DNA of 64,000 nucleotides. It comes from Leucoraja ocellata. Taxonomy: Eukaryota. The position numbers were made by a program, and so were the translations under genes. Below the pieces are notes generated by a model that saw nothing but the letters and a program-made list of their open reading frames with translations, was not told the origin of the DNA and searched no databases. Below, one piece after another: positions 38,432 to 50,292 of this stretch (within the stretch, counting starts at the first letter, position 1; each line of letters starts with the position of its first letter). The stretch lies in contig JAWMAR010000485.1 of the NCBI GenBank assembly GCA_036785375.1, forward strand, positions 1,364,001 through 1,428,000, in the 5' to 3' direction.

Positions 38432-38716
38432 AAGAGCTGTCCCACTATACGAGTTTACCCAAGAGCTCTCCAGAGTTTAAAAAAAAAATCACGTAGCGGG
38501 TACTTCGGAGCTCGGGACTTCTCTTAGCGGCTCGTAACGCTAACGGCAGGTACTCGGGAAACACGGGGCAAGCTTGTGAAGTTTTTTCAACATGTTGAAA
38601 AATGTCCACGAGAGCCCCGAGTACCTACGAGCGGCCTTTACCGTAATTCTCTGAGTTCGAATTAGGGGAGACTCGGGAGAATTCTTGAATTACCTCGTAC
38701 AGTGGGACAGGCCCTT
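38432..38716. mobile_element. MITE, TIR (G)CTGTCCCACT family
   Basis: ctgtcccactatacgag / ctcgtacagtgggacag, TA flanks, central ttcaacatgttgaa. Confidence 0.85.
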
Positions 38717-38861
38717 TAGATTCTCCGTCAAATAAAACGTGGCATTGTGGTCCACTTCTACCTAATCCAAAAAAAACTTGCTAGTTAAATCTGACTTTTA
38801 AATGATAGTGGACTTCTGCAGTTCTTTCCTACACCAACCTTTAATAGCCTGCACATAATTT

Positions 38862-39130
38862 GGCGGCACAGTTTATAGCTGGTAGGGCTGATGCACCACA
38901 GCGCCAAAGATCCAGGTTTGATCCTGACGCTGGGTGCTGCCGGTGTGGAGTTTGCATGTTCTTGCTTTGACCATGTGGGTTTCCTCTGGGTGCTATGGTC
39001 TGCTCCAACATCACAGAGATATGCAGTTTTGTGGCTTACATGACCTCTAAATTGGCCCTCCCCCCCCCCCCCCCAAACAGGTGATCAATGCTCGGTGTGA
39101 CCTGAATGGGCCAAGGGGCCTGTTTCAATG
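38862..39130 (+). mobile_element. Near full-length V-SINE/HE1-like SINE (followed by CR1 fragments on - to about 39540)
   Basis: ggcggcacagt...A/B boxes (ggtttgatcc), V-domain gtgtggagtttgcatgttc, tail ggggcctgtttc. Confidence 0.75.
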
Positions 39131-39631
39131 TGACATCTATGAACATATATCCTTCCGTTCCTTGCATATCCATGCACATAACCAAAAGTCTTTAAATACT
39201 ATTATTTTACCCGCCTTCACCCTGCAAAGCTTTCCATGCACTCACCACCCTGTGTAGAAATAAAATTGCCACACATCCCTTTTAAACTCTGCCCCTCTCA
39301 CCTTAAAGCTATGCCCTCTAGAATAACATCTACCACCCTACCCTCATCAATCCATCTTCATCACCCCCTCAAAAAAATGCAATCAAGTTCGTAAGACATG
39401 ACCCATTGCATACGATGCTATGCTGACTCTCCCTAATTTACCCATTCTTTTTCTATCGTGATAAATCCTATCCCAAAGGAACCTCTCCAATAGCTTCCAT
39501 ATCATTGGCCTGTATTTCCCTGGATTCTCCCTACTTCCCTTGACAGGTTAAGTGTAATCAAGATGAGAAAGAGATAAGAGTTACTCAAACACATGGAGGC
39601 AATAATTCCCATCAAGACTCATTACACTGAC

Positions 39632-39772
39632 CTTTATATCGCCAGTGGTCCATACAGCTCTCACAGTGTCTAAATTCTTGAATCGACTTTTTAAAACTAC
39701 ACACATGGTATCATGTCCTTTCTGGATTTGACTCATAGCATCTTCATCATTCAAATCTGCCAATTTATTATT
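39632..39772 (-). CDS. KATNB1: KATNB1 exon [23 protein letters not shown]...WTTGDIK
   Basis: ttaccAG|...|GTCAGT, 141 nt; start of con80 domain. Confidence 0.95.
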
Positions 39773-40259
39773 CTGGTAAAAATAAATATACAGTGTAAAT
39801 CAAAATATAGCAAACAAAAGCCATTACAAATGTCATTATTCCTCATTTATTAAAACTGCTGGAAATAAACATTATATAACATTGGATAGGAAAGAGAACT
39901 GCTGGGGAGAAACCTCAAAACTTGGATGTCAGTCACCTTGCTCCCCAAAATAGCATGCACTGATACTTATTGCTACTTACACACACGAGTCATTTAGCTT
40001 CAATTACTGCATGTGGTGTTTCAATACAGCAAGTATATAGTGCCCAACAGCTTGAATTACTCCCCCCAAACAGATTGACTAGAAGATTAATATAGGTCAT
40101 TATTCATTGCCTTCAGGAAGTCCACCTGTTGAGTCCCACATAAAAGACATTCAGCTAAAGCTCCAAGGACTGAATGCAATGAACCAACAATAAAACAAAA
40201 TAGCAAAAATCAGGATAATTGAACTTTATTGGCAATCTTTCACAGTATTTATTAATTGG

Positions 40260-40990
40260 CCCTGATGAATATATGGTAAAAACTAATTTCCAGGTTTGCT
40301 GAAGGCATAAAGAAAGGTGGCACTGCAAACATAGTTAAAAGAGATATTAGGCCAATAAGCAAAACTTTTGACAAATGGATTTTAACATGGGGGAAAAAAA
40401 GGGTCTTTGCTTAAAGAAAAGGAAATAATCATTTCCTTATCATGAAAGGCCAGGAGGTTCAAAGATGTGAATGCCCATATTTGTAGATCAGTAAAACATC
40501 ACAAAAGGATGCAGAATGCAATTAAAAACTTAATGGAATGATGGTCTCATGGACTATCTCATGGACTAGAATACACATTGGTGAAAAGGTTTTGGCACAA
40601 TTATATGAAGTCCTGACTAGAAGGATATAGGGATTGATTGTGATTAGGGTGACTGATACAAAATGTTGACTCAGTAAAAAGGAAATGTACCAGGAGGCCA
40701 CCTATATTAAAATAACTAAATTATGAGGAGGAAGAACACAAACAAGGTTTGTATCCCTTCAAATTTAGAAAATTAAGTCCTGGCTGGATTTAAAATATCA
40801 AGATATTAAGGCGACTAATAAGACAAGGAAAGAAACTGTGTCCATAACAGGTGGATGGGATCAGGACAGTGTAAAACTAGAGGAAGGATTTCACAACAAA
40901 AATAAGGAAATACATCCAGGTAGAAATCCACAATTATTTTAATAAAAGCAATGATGCCCCAACTACACAGACCAGCCATGATCATTTGCA
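40260..40990 (+). mobile_element. Old degraded CR1 RT remnant
   Basis: tccaggtttgctgaaggcataaag (decayed SKFADDTK) and downstream motifs. Confidence 0.55.
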
Positions 40991-41135
40991 ATAAGATCCA
41001 ACACATCCAGTTTCCATCCCAAAGCTAATCTACCTGCCCATTTGAAAGTAATTTACACGGAACAGCAGTACAAATTGAGAAATCAAATACTTCATCACAT
41101 CAGGTGCCATGTTTGTGGACAAATATTCCACTTAC

Positions 41136-41255
41136 TGGGAGAAAATCCGCTGCCTTCAACCCAATTGGCTCATTTTTGGCGATTGGAATTATCGGTGCTT
41201 CAGGACGGTTGTTGGGGGTGGAAGCTGCTGATGGATGAAAGCTCAGCTGATCTGC
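41136..41255 (-). CDS. KATNB1: KATNB1 exon ADQLSF...IIPIAKNEPIGLKAADFLP
   Basis: ttttcAG|...|GTAAGT, 120 nt. Confidence 0.93.
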
Positions 41256-41567
41256 CTGAAAAATAACATGTTCAACAGACTATAGACCACTCCATATCAC
41301 ACACTACCTATTACAGGAAATGTCACAGATTGATCAGCACCCATAGCAGCCACAATGTTGACATATCCAACAAAATACTGAAGAGATGAAAATAATTCAA
41401 GAAATCCCAAAACCTTTCACAATACCAAGCTGTATATATAAAGAAAAAAATAAAAAGGTCAAAAATAAGCTCAGAGGTTGATTAACCTAGTGATATTCTC
41501 ACCATGATTATAGCATGTCAGACCACAAAATCAAACCAGATTTTGATTAGCTCGGCTTCTCAATTAA

Positions 41568-42094
41568 GGGGCTGTCCCACTGCGACTAATCTGCGAGTTT
41601 AGACGAGTTTGCCCTCGATTCAAACTCGCAGCATGATCAACACGAGGTCCTAGGAGGTCCAATGAGGTCACTGGAACTCTCCTTCATGCTCGAGGGAGGT
41701 TTCCGCATACTCGCGGCCTCTGAAAAATTTTCAGCATGTTGAAAAAATTTCCGAGAGTAAAATTTGGTCGGCTTAACTCATAGTGCAGTGGAGTGGGGTC
41801 GCTATTTACAGGCAGTCGAGGGCAGCCGTAGGCAATCTCCTTCGCTGACCGGGCATTTTGATTGGCTCATTGGAGTTTTCAGGACCAGGGAAAACCGACC
41901 GGTAGGTTAAATGCCCGCTAAACTTTATTATACTCCGAGACCTAGCTGAGGCCACGAGTATTCAGGAACTTCCCTCGAGCATGAAGGAGAGTTCCAGCGA
42001 TCTCATAGGACCACGTGTCGACCATGCTGCGAGTTTGAAGGTCGAAGACACTCTTCTAAACTCGCAGATTAGGTTGCCGCAGTGGGACAGCCCC
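41568..42094. mobile_element. 527-bp MITE with long TIRs, TTAA flanks
   Basis: ttaa|ggggctgtcccactgcg...cgcagtgggacagcccc|ttaa; about 140-bp imperfect arms; internal ttcagcatgttgaa. Confidence 0.9.
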
Positions 42095-42562
42095 TTAAGG
42101 CTAATCCAAACAACTCAAGATTACCCCTCAATTCATATAATTTGTTCTTCCTTTCATGAATACTTCGTGGATTGAGCAATTAAAACAGCAAAATCCTCTC
42201 TGTTCAGAAAGTATTGGACAGCACAGTGAAGGGCTGGCTCTTAGGAGATTTATTACTTTTTTTTCCCCCAATAAAAAACCTCCACAATGTATTTCACAAT
42301 AAAGTCTTGTGATAATGGATCCTCCCAATGAATGAAGCAAGAATATGTCAGAAATTGGGAAATCTCACTTTTGAGAAATCCCTAAAACCACTTGCTCATT
42401 TAATGTTACTGACAGCTTTCTACAATAGTGTCTCAACTTTTGGAATACACAACATGAACTCCTTGATTGCCACAACATACTTAAAGCTGTAGCCATACAG
42501 CGTCATGAGCTAGTCTATTCAAAGTACAGTTACTACATCCTGAACAAAGGCTGCTATTAAAA

Positions 42563-42888
42563 GGATAAACACAAAATGCTGGAATAACTCAGCGGACCAG
42601 GCCGCATCTCTGGAGAGAAGGAATGGGCGACATTTCGGGTCAACCCGAAAAGTCACCCATTCCTTCTCTCCAGAGATGCTGTTGGTCCCGCTGAGTTACT
42701 CCAGCACTGTGTGACTAACTTTGGATTAAACCAGTAACTCAGCGGGACTGGCAGCATCTCTGGAGAGAAGGAATGGGTGACTTTTCGGGTCGACCTGAAA
42801 TGTCGTCTATTCCTTCTCTCCAGAGATGCGGCCTGTCCCGCTGAGTAACTCCAGCATTAAACCAGCATCTGCAGTACCTTCCTACACA
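42563..42888. mobile_element. Four-arm double fold-back Penelope-tail insertion
   Basis: TSD ctgctattaaaa (42551-42562) / ctgctatcaaaa (42889-42900); arms oriented -,+,-,+. Confidence 0.85.
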
Positions 42889-43838
42889 CTGCTATCAAAA
42901 CGGTTGCCCTGAAAATTACAACCCACATCACAGTAAATTAAATACACAAAGAACACAAGAAAAAGATCAGGAGCAGGGCAGATGGCACCTGAAGATGACA
43001 ATCTGCCATTAAGTAACTACCCACTTAACCCTATACCTTCCAATGTCCCCCAAGATCCCAAAATACCAGTCTTGAGCAAATATCTATTCAATTATGTAAT
43101 TAGTGGATAAAGTCTTAACAGATAGAGAAAATGTTTTTTTGCCAGAGGCCAGTGACCCTTAGGACTTCTCTGTGGCCCCTCGGTTGATTAGTATATTTAT
43201 AGCCGAGATCAATAAAGTTTGGGACTCTAGATCAAAAAAGCATACAAGGGTCTGGCAGGAAAGTGGATTTGAACTCGAGGATCAGCCATGATATCAAAGA
43301 TAAAGTATGCTGAAGAATCTGTACGGCATACACCTAATTTTCTTATGGCAGAAATGTTTTTGATGCAAAGTTCTCTGGCACAGCTTGGGATGAACCCAAG
43401 CAGATAGAATTACAAATAGACCTCAGACCCCCAAGATCATAAAATTACAGTTCAACTGACCAAGTCAATGGAAATCACGTTATTGTTTCATGGTATCCAG
43501 CAGCAACCAGACAAACGAGATAACTGGAAAGTGCTAGGATTATAAAAGAGAAAGGGAATCATTCGATCGTGAGCCGATTTTACTAATATATTGGGCAGAA
43601 CAGAAGACGATTGCAATTCCATGTACCCTCACCAATTCAGTGGATAAATGTGTCACAGACTGCGGTGCTAGCCCAAACAATAGCAGATCCAAAAATCCAA
43701 TATCCAAAATCCAAAAAGATTTTATTACTGAATTTAGATATTTTGTACATGTACCAGATTCTGGAATTGTTCCATGTGTAGCTTAGTAGAAGTGGTTTAA
43801 TGATTTAAGATAAATGTCTTTCAAACTGCATTACTGAC

Positions 43839-43915
43839 CTGTAATCTTTTTAAGGCAGGAGAGGGCACCTCTGTTGGAGGAGTCACTTTTTCAGATTCTT
43901 TCACAGAAGTAGTAT
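43839..43915 (-). CDS. KATNB1: KATNB1 linker exon DTTSVKESEKVTPPTEVPSPALKRLQ
   Basis: tgcAG|...|GTCAGT, 77 nt, phase 1/0; required to keep the frame; low sequence conservation. Confidence 0.8.
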
Positions 43916-43976
43916 CTGCATAAAATTCAATCACTCAGCATTAACAAAACACATACAAAGACGAGTACTGAAGAAT

Positions 43977-44200
43977 TTAAGAAGGAACTGCAGATGTGGG
44001 AAAATCGAAGGTACACAAAAAAGCTGGAGAAACTCAGCGGGTGCAGCAGCATCTATGGAGCGAAGGAAATAGGCAACGTTTCGGGCCGAAACCCTTCTTT
44101 CAGACTGAAGATGGGGTTTCGGCCCGAAACGTTGCCTATTTCCTTCACTCCATAGATGCTGCTGCACCCGCTCAGTTTCTCCAGCTTTTTTGTGTACATT
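43977..44200. mobile_element. Young fold-back Penelope-tail insertion with back-to-back hammerhead cores
   Basis: Perfect 15-bp TSD cgagtactgaagaat (43962-43976, 44201-44215); about 95-bp near-perfect inverted arms. Confidence 0.92.
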
Positions 44201-44654
44201 CGAGTACTGAAGAATACTGGCATAAAATCACTGACCAAATATGAAAGAATTCTATGAATCTGCATACATGTAATCACAAAAAAGAAATTTGTAGATTTTT
44301 GGCTAAGTAGTATCTTCTTGGCATAAAAACAAAAATTGAAAAGTACAGTTTAAAATAAATTAAATAAGAGGTACAGGAATTTGATTCTTTTCGTTAGGAG
44401 GGTGGGAGAAAATGGTGCTTTAAAAAAAATAATTCAGGATCAGCTTCAAATGGTTAAATATCAATGACAAAAGAACAAAAGGCAAGGGCAACCCGAATGG
44501 AAACAAAACAGTGCAGTTAATATAAATTTTGTACTAAACTGCCACCTAGTGTGCAAACATGTTTAACACATTTAAAGACATTGGCACACTTATTGTTATG
44601 TTTAAAAAAGGATAGAGAAGATACCCATGTAAAGATACTCTAAAAGGGGCTTAC

Positions 44655-44705
44655 CATCTTCTGGTGGAGCAGGGAAGGGATCAGTCCGCCGAGGTGGAGT
44701 TCGAG
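44655..44705 (-). CDS. KATNB1: KATNB1 exon ARTPPRRTDPFPAPPED
   Basis: gacAG|...|GTAAGC, 51 nt. Confidence 0.95.
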
Positions 44706-45239
44706 CTGTCAGAAAAGCACCAATTAGGCAACAACATTTCACAATATTCTTCCAAATACTTTGTTTCCAACTTGATAAGATTAGATGCCGGCAGGATGCA
44801 CTAAATTTAGTAATGCAAGCACAATTCAGAATTCTTGATAAATTTAAGCTAGTTTTAATATGAATTGTGGTCTTTATCATCAATTTCAACTGCAGTACAT
44901 TTCAGTTATATAGTGTTCTTGCTATTTTCAACAGAGATACATTTTCAAGAGACTAACACATGCAATTCCAGCATTCCAATTCCAAAGACAGATGGAAATT
45001 AATAAAAAATATTTACATATCAGATATAATTTGCTTTTGCCTGCATTATAATGAAAACTGATTAACCCATGAAATTTTGGAAACAGTTGCTGAAACGTCC
45101 CATGTTGAAGAAAACAATCTAAACATACTCATAACTTGAAATTGTTATTCACCAAAATGTTTTAACTAACTCCATGAAATCTGTTGTTTATTTTAAAATG
45201 ATCAACAAATGTAGAAATACTAGAAAATAATTTACAGAC

Positions 45240-45373
45240 CAATGGCATTTTGTGGCTGAAAAATCTCCTTGTATTCCTCTGGATTCCTGATTTCTGCAGT
45301 CGACTCCTTGTCATCCTTCTCCTCTTCTGCACTCTGGTTTTTCCCTTCATTCTCCAGCTCTTCTTTCACTTTG
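45240..45373 (-). CDS. KATNB1: KATNB1 exon SKVKEELENE...AEIRNPEEYKEIFQPQNAI
   Basis: gatAG|...G|GTCTGT, 134 nt, phase 2/1. Confidence 0.9.
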
Positions 45374-45624
45374 CTATCAAGACAAGACAATTTGTATTGG
45401 GAAAGGGTAAAGTAGAATAGCTCCAGTAGATCATTGTAACATATGGTGAATTAAAACCTTTCAAAGTAGCTCCCAGGAGCAACAAGAAAAAAAAATCTAA
45501 TGTCAAGCCAATTAAATAAATACAGAAGACTGCCGAAAGCTTCATCAAAGAAATGGTTTGAAATTTAGTTTAGGGTTTGGCAGGCATCACAGCCATCAAG
45601 AATGGAGGGAATTAAGACATCAAT

Positions 45625-46500
45625 ACAAGGAACTGCAGATGATGGTTTATAAAAAAAATAGTTTGAATAATTCAGCAGGCAGGCAGCATCTCTGGAGAAC
45701 ATGGATTGTTGACGTTTCGGGCTAGGGCCCTTCTTCAGACAGATTGTAGTAGGGGAGGAGAAAGCTGGAGAGGTTGGTGTAGGACAATGCTAGGCAAGTG
45801 ATATGTGGATATAGGTGAGTGGGGTTTGATGGACAGATTGGTGGACAAAGACAAAATATAGAAAGATGACTCAAGCATATCAGATAATGAAAGGAGATCC
45901 GCAAATTGTGAAGCCAGAGGAAGGATATAGGTGGAAGGAGACGGGAGAGATCGTGGAAGAAATGGGTACACACCCAAGTGGGACAGAAAGGGGGAAGGTG
46001 GGGAGGGCCAGGGAGAGGCTGGTTATGTAGGTCAGTTACCTAAAAATGCAGACTCCTACGAAGCTTTTCAAAAAGGGGGGGGGGGGGGGTGGCGTAATAG
46101 GATTACAAAAAATGTATGTGAAATAATGTGCATGCAGCGCACATCACAAGCGCAAAGTCCCTGGGTCCAGAGCCCGATTAAGGGGCCTGGAAGCTCTGGG
46201 ACTTTAGATGCTCTCTGGTGCATTTTTTCCCTTCCGGATTTTTTAAACTCTGGGGATAAAAAGGGGGGTGCGACCGACCCATCGCACCCCCCCTTCAGGC
46301 GGCCATGAAATGGAAAATTTATATTCCGTTTTGGTTTCTTACAACCCAATGGTATAAATATTGAAGTGCCATTCCTCCAGTTTTCAATGACTCAAGCAGA
46401 ATACAAGGAGCTTCTCCATCAGTTTAAGCTACCCAAAGTGCTGTTTTTCCAGTTTTAACCTACCCAAACTGAATACGAGGTGCTGTTCCTCCAGTTTGAG
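45625..46500 (-). mobile_element. Penelope-like element 3' end (tail plus rearranged GIY-YIG fragments), interrupted by a hAT-like fragment at about 46050-46305
   Basis: KLEEQHLVFSLG on - at about 46460-46497 and IFRFGFLQPNGINIE on + at about 46320-46367; hammerhead core in the tail. Confidence 0.75.
45708..45742 (-). ncRNA. Minimal type I hammerhead ribozyme motif (Penelope type), sense in KATNB1 pre-mRNA
   Basis: 5'-CUGAAGA-A-GGGC[CCUA]GCCC-GAAAC-GUC-3' at 45738->45711; all core nucleotides present; stems I and III minimal; activity not shown. Confidence 0.65.
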
Positions 46501-46633
46501 AATTAATTTAGTTATGATCAAGGGACTAGATCCGCAGTAGCAGAGACAACTCAAAAGGAGTTTCTGTGCTGGAAGATATTAGATAAAAGGAGTGGCAAAG
46601 CTATGGAAGAAGTTAAAAGCAGGATGACTTTAC

Positions 46634-46821
46634 CTTTGAGGTCTGTTGCATGTGGTTAGAGGCCGCTCATAATTGCGTCTGAGTGCAGCTACTTTCATCA
46701 CTGGTAAATTGAAGAGCTTTTCATCTTCAACTGTGCCCTGCACAATTGAACCAGTCTTCTTCACTCGATTCAAATCCACCACAAATGTGGAGACTGTCAC
46801 CTGACTGAATGAAGCTCCAAT
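46634..46821 (-). CDS. KATNB1: KATNB1 exon IGASFSQVTVSTFVVDLNRVKKTG...LRRNYERPLTTCNRPQ
   Basis: aatAG|...|GTAAAG, 188 nt. Confidence 0.93.
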
Positions 46822-47643
46822 CTATTATGAAAACAAAGCACAATGAAATTAAACAGCACTTGAGGAAACTGTAAAGAATGATTATCTTCAATGTCTAAGG
46901 CAAGTGCACATGCACAGAGTAATTTTAGGCACTAATCTTGCATTATGGGATCCATATATTAAAACCACCAGCACCATTTAAAAAAAATCTGCTGATAACC
47001 ATTTATTTCAACATAAGCTCTAAACTATGTTTACCAAAAACATGATCAATCATTATATCGAGTCAGTTCTCAGTTCAATCTATAATTCAGAGGTTAAAGC
47101 AGAACGTGCCTCACCCATACAAAATTCTGTACCAATTGAAAATACAAGGGACAGATCCAGAGAGCAAGTCCAGATTAAACTCTAGTTCTGATGATTCAAT
47201 TGCAAAAATACAAGAGTGCACTTTGATCTTTGGTACCAATTTGTTCCAGAAACTTTATAAACGGAGACCAAACCATTCTCTGATTAATTTCTATTCACTT
47301 GATTTATTGAATTGAAATCCAAATCATCCTTGAACCCTTTGCCATACCAGCCATACCTCTTTTTATAAGCACAGTGATCAGAAAAATTAAATTTACTATA
47401 AACATGCACATTATTAATTTCAAGTGGCCCAGTGGATACAAAATGAATTATTCAGATGAATAAGTTCAGCTGAACACATCTGAACACAATCTCAATTGTG
47501 TCAATGTATTTTTGCAAAGCAGTGTAATTTCCTCTTGGGATCTTAATTCCTTATAACATGAAGGTGTATGACATTCCATTACTTGACTAGTTGTCTTAAC
47601 TGCCCATTTTGTACTTTAATATCCATAACTATACAGGACATAC

Positions 47644-47794
47644 CAATTGATTGGAACAGATGCAAAGGTCTGCTGCTCTACCCCAGTTAACAGGAAGTAC
47701 ATCAAAGCAACGTGGAGGCTCCCAGCCGTAAACATGCAATGAATCTTGAGATCCACTGTATAGACAACAACCGTCTGGATTGAACAAAATACTC
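47644..47794 (-). CDS. KATNB1: KATNB1 exon [26 protein letters not shown]...CSNQL
   Basis: tttAG|...|GTATGT, 151 nt. Confidence 0.96.
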
Positions 47795-48057
47795 CTAAAA
47801 CAAATGGAGAATATCAACTGAACAGTTTTATCATTGAGAAACTCATGTCATACCTATCAGACTGTTGGATCAATTTAATGACATCTTAAAAAAGTATATG
47901 GCAACTGTCAGAAATTATTCCGCTCACCAAATAATTAAGTACTCCATTCAGAATTTATTCCTAATCATCAAAAATTAAAAAGGCACCTACATTAAAACAT
48001 ACTCTCTCTAAGAAGAGAACATGATGCTGGGTTACAAGGATCAAGAAGGTGCCAACA

Positions 48058-49600
48058 TAGAAACAGAAAAATTGGTGCAGGAAGAGGCTATTTGGCTCTT
48101 CGAGCCAGCATCGTCATTCAATATGATCATGGACCCGTTAATTCCTACTCTATGCTTCCTGTCTGCCAACCAGTTCTCTATCCATGTCAATACCCTACCT
48201 CCAATACCATGTGCTCTAATTGTGCACACTAATCTCGTGTGGGACCTTGTCAAAGGCTTTTTGAAAGTCCAGATACACATCCACTGCCTCTCCCTTATAC
48301 ATTCTACTTGTTACATCCTCAAAAAATTAGATTAGTCAAGCCAAATCCATGCTGACTTTGACCGATCCTGTCACTGCTTTCCAAATGTGCTGTTATAGCA
48401 TCTTTAGCAATGGACTCAAGCATCTTCCCCACTACCGATGTAAGGCTTACTGGTCTATAATTCTCAGTTTTCTCTCTCCCTCCCTTCTTATAAAGTGGTA
48501 TTACATTTGCTACCCTTCAGTCCACATGAACTGATCCAGGATCGAAAGAACATTGAAAAATGATCACCAATGCATCCACAATTTCTAGGGCCACCTCCTT
48601 GAGTACACTGGGATGCAGACTATCAGCCTCTGGAGATTTATCCGCCTTCAATCCCAACAGTTTACCCAACTAACTGACTAATGTGGATTCCCTTCAGTTC
48701 CTCCATACCACTAGATCCTCGGTCCCCTATTATTTCTGGGAGATTGTTTGAGTCTTCAATGAGTAAAGACAAAACCAAAATACTCATTTAACAGTTCTGC
48801 CATTTCTTTGTTTCTCTTTATAAATTCACCTGTCAATGATTGTAAGGAACCTACAATTGTCTTCACTAATCTTTTTACATATCTAAAGAAGCTGTTAAGA
48901 GTCTGTTTTTATATTCCCTGCAAGCTTTCTTTCATACTCTTCCCCCCCCCCTTAATTAACCCCTTTATTAACCCCATACCAATTCCATAGCATCCAAGCT
49001 AATGTCTCTCCTTGCTATTGCATTAATCTCCTCTTTAACCAGCAATGCCACCCCACTTCCTCTTCCTTTCTGTCTATCCTTCCTGAATATCAAATATCCC
49101 TGCATGTTTAGCTCCCAGCCTTGGTCACCCTGGAGCCATATCTCCTTAATTCCAACTATATCTTATTCCTTAACTACTAACTGCACATTCAATTCATCCA
49201 CCTTATGCTCCTCACATTAAGACGTAAAAGCTTTCAGGTTTGTTTTTCTTATCTCCCTTCTACCGTCTGCTTCTGTCCTCCTTTTATGGCCCTCTGTCTC
49301 CTTGCATTGGTTCCCATCCCCCTGCCCTGTTAGTTTAAACTTGACCTTTCCTACATTCTCTTTCCGTTAATTGCACGCAGACGCTTCCACGTTGTTGACT
49401 CCACCCCCCCCCCCCCCCCCCTCCCCCCCCACTGTTTAGTTTAAACCCACCCGTGTAGCACTAGCAAATCGGTCTGTCAGAATGTCGCTCCCCCTCCAAT
49501 TAAGGTGCAACCCATCCCTTTTGTACAGGTCACCCCTGCCCCAGAAGAGATCCCAGTGATCTAGAAATCTAAATCCCTGCCCCCCGTATCAACTCCTCAG
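48058..49600 (-). mobile_element. CR1 LINE with internal deletions
   Basis: HTRLVCTIRAHGIGGRVLTWIENWLADRKHRVGING in ORF 48041-48280; upstream endonuclease/ORF1-like remnants. Confidence 0.85.
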
Positions 49601-50220
49601 CCGAGGTGCCAAGCTGAATGCTGGTCTGGACCAATTTATGTTCTCATCTGCTGCAATGACAAGACAATGGTTATCATTATTAGCTCTGGGGCGAGGACGA
49701 GCAGTGGAGGAAATTAACAAAAATTCCTACTCTTGAGCATATAAGCCATAGCCGAAAGTTCATGCACATAGACAAAGGTGAGGGTTGATGAACCTCAACT
49801 TTAAAGGAAGTCCCTAAAAAAGTTGCAAAATATTATGCAGTCTACACTCAAGCACCTCAAAAAAAATATTGGCAAGTGGCTAAGATGCATGGAAGATGTT
49901 AAAGCATGAATCAACCCCTTTAGAAGAGGGGAAAAATAGGGAACAAAAAAAATGGTAAACAAGAATATACAAGTATTTTTTGGAAACACAAACTCTTAGC
50001 CAACTAAATAAGAAATCCTACAGCACTCAAAAAGCAGCACACTACAGTGCACGTGATACTGATTCTATAGCTCTTTTGCAGTTGCCTTTCAAAAAACATA
50101 CAAGGTGAGTATTCTTTGTGCCTATTCCTTGAACTCATCCAATGTACGCACATTTGATCCACGTTAAAAAACACTAGTTTCAATACAGCTTTTAAAAACA
50201 CACAACATGGCTCCATGTAC

Positions 50221-50292
50221 CTGACAGGGGTGCTCTCTACTTCTGTGCAGCTCACCATCTTAAACTTTTCTAGATCCCAAAACTTTATCGTT
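50221..50292 (-). CDS. KATNB1: KATNB1 exon TIKFWDLEKFKMVSCTEVESTPV
   Basis: ttcAG|...|GTACAT, 72 nt. Confidence 0.95.

Noticed and set aside
42563-42888. CRISPR-like array
   Set aside because: Repeats are inverted TE arms without unique spacers, in eukaryotic intron sequence with no cas genes.
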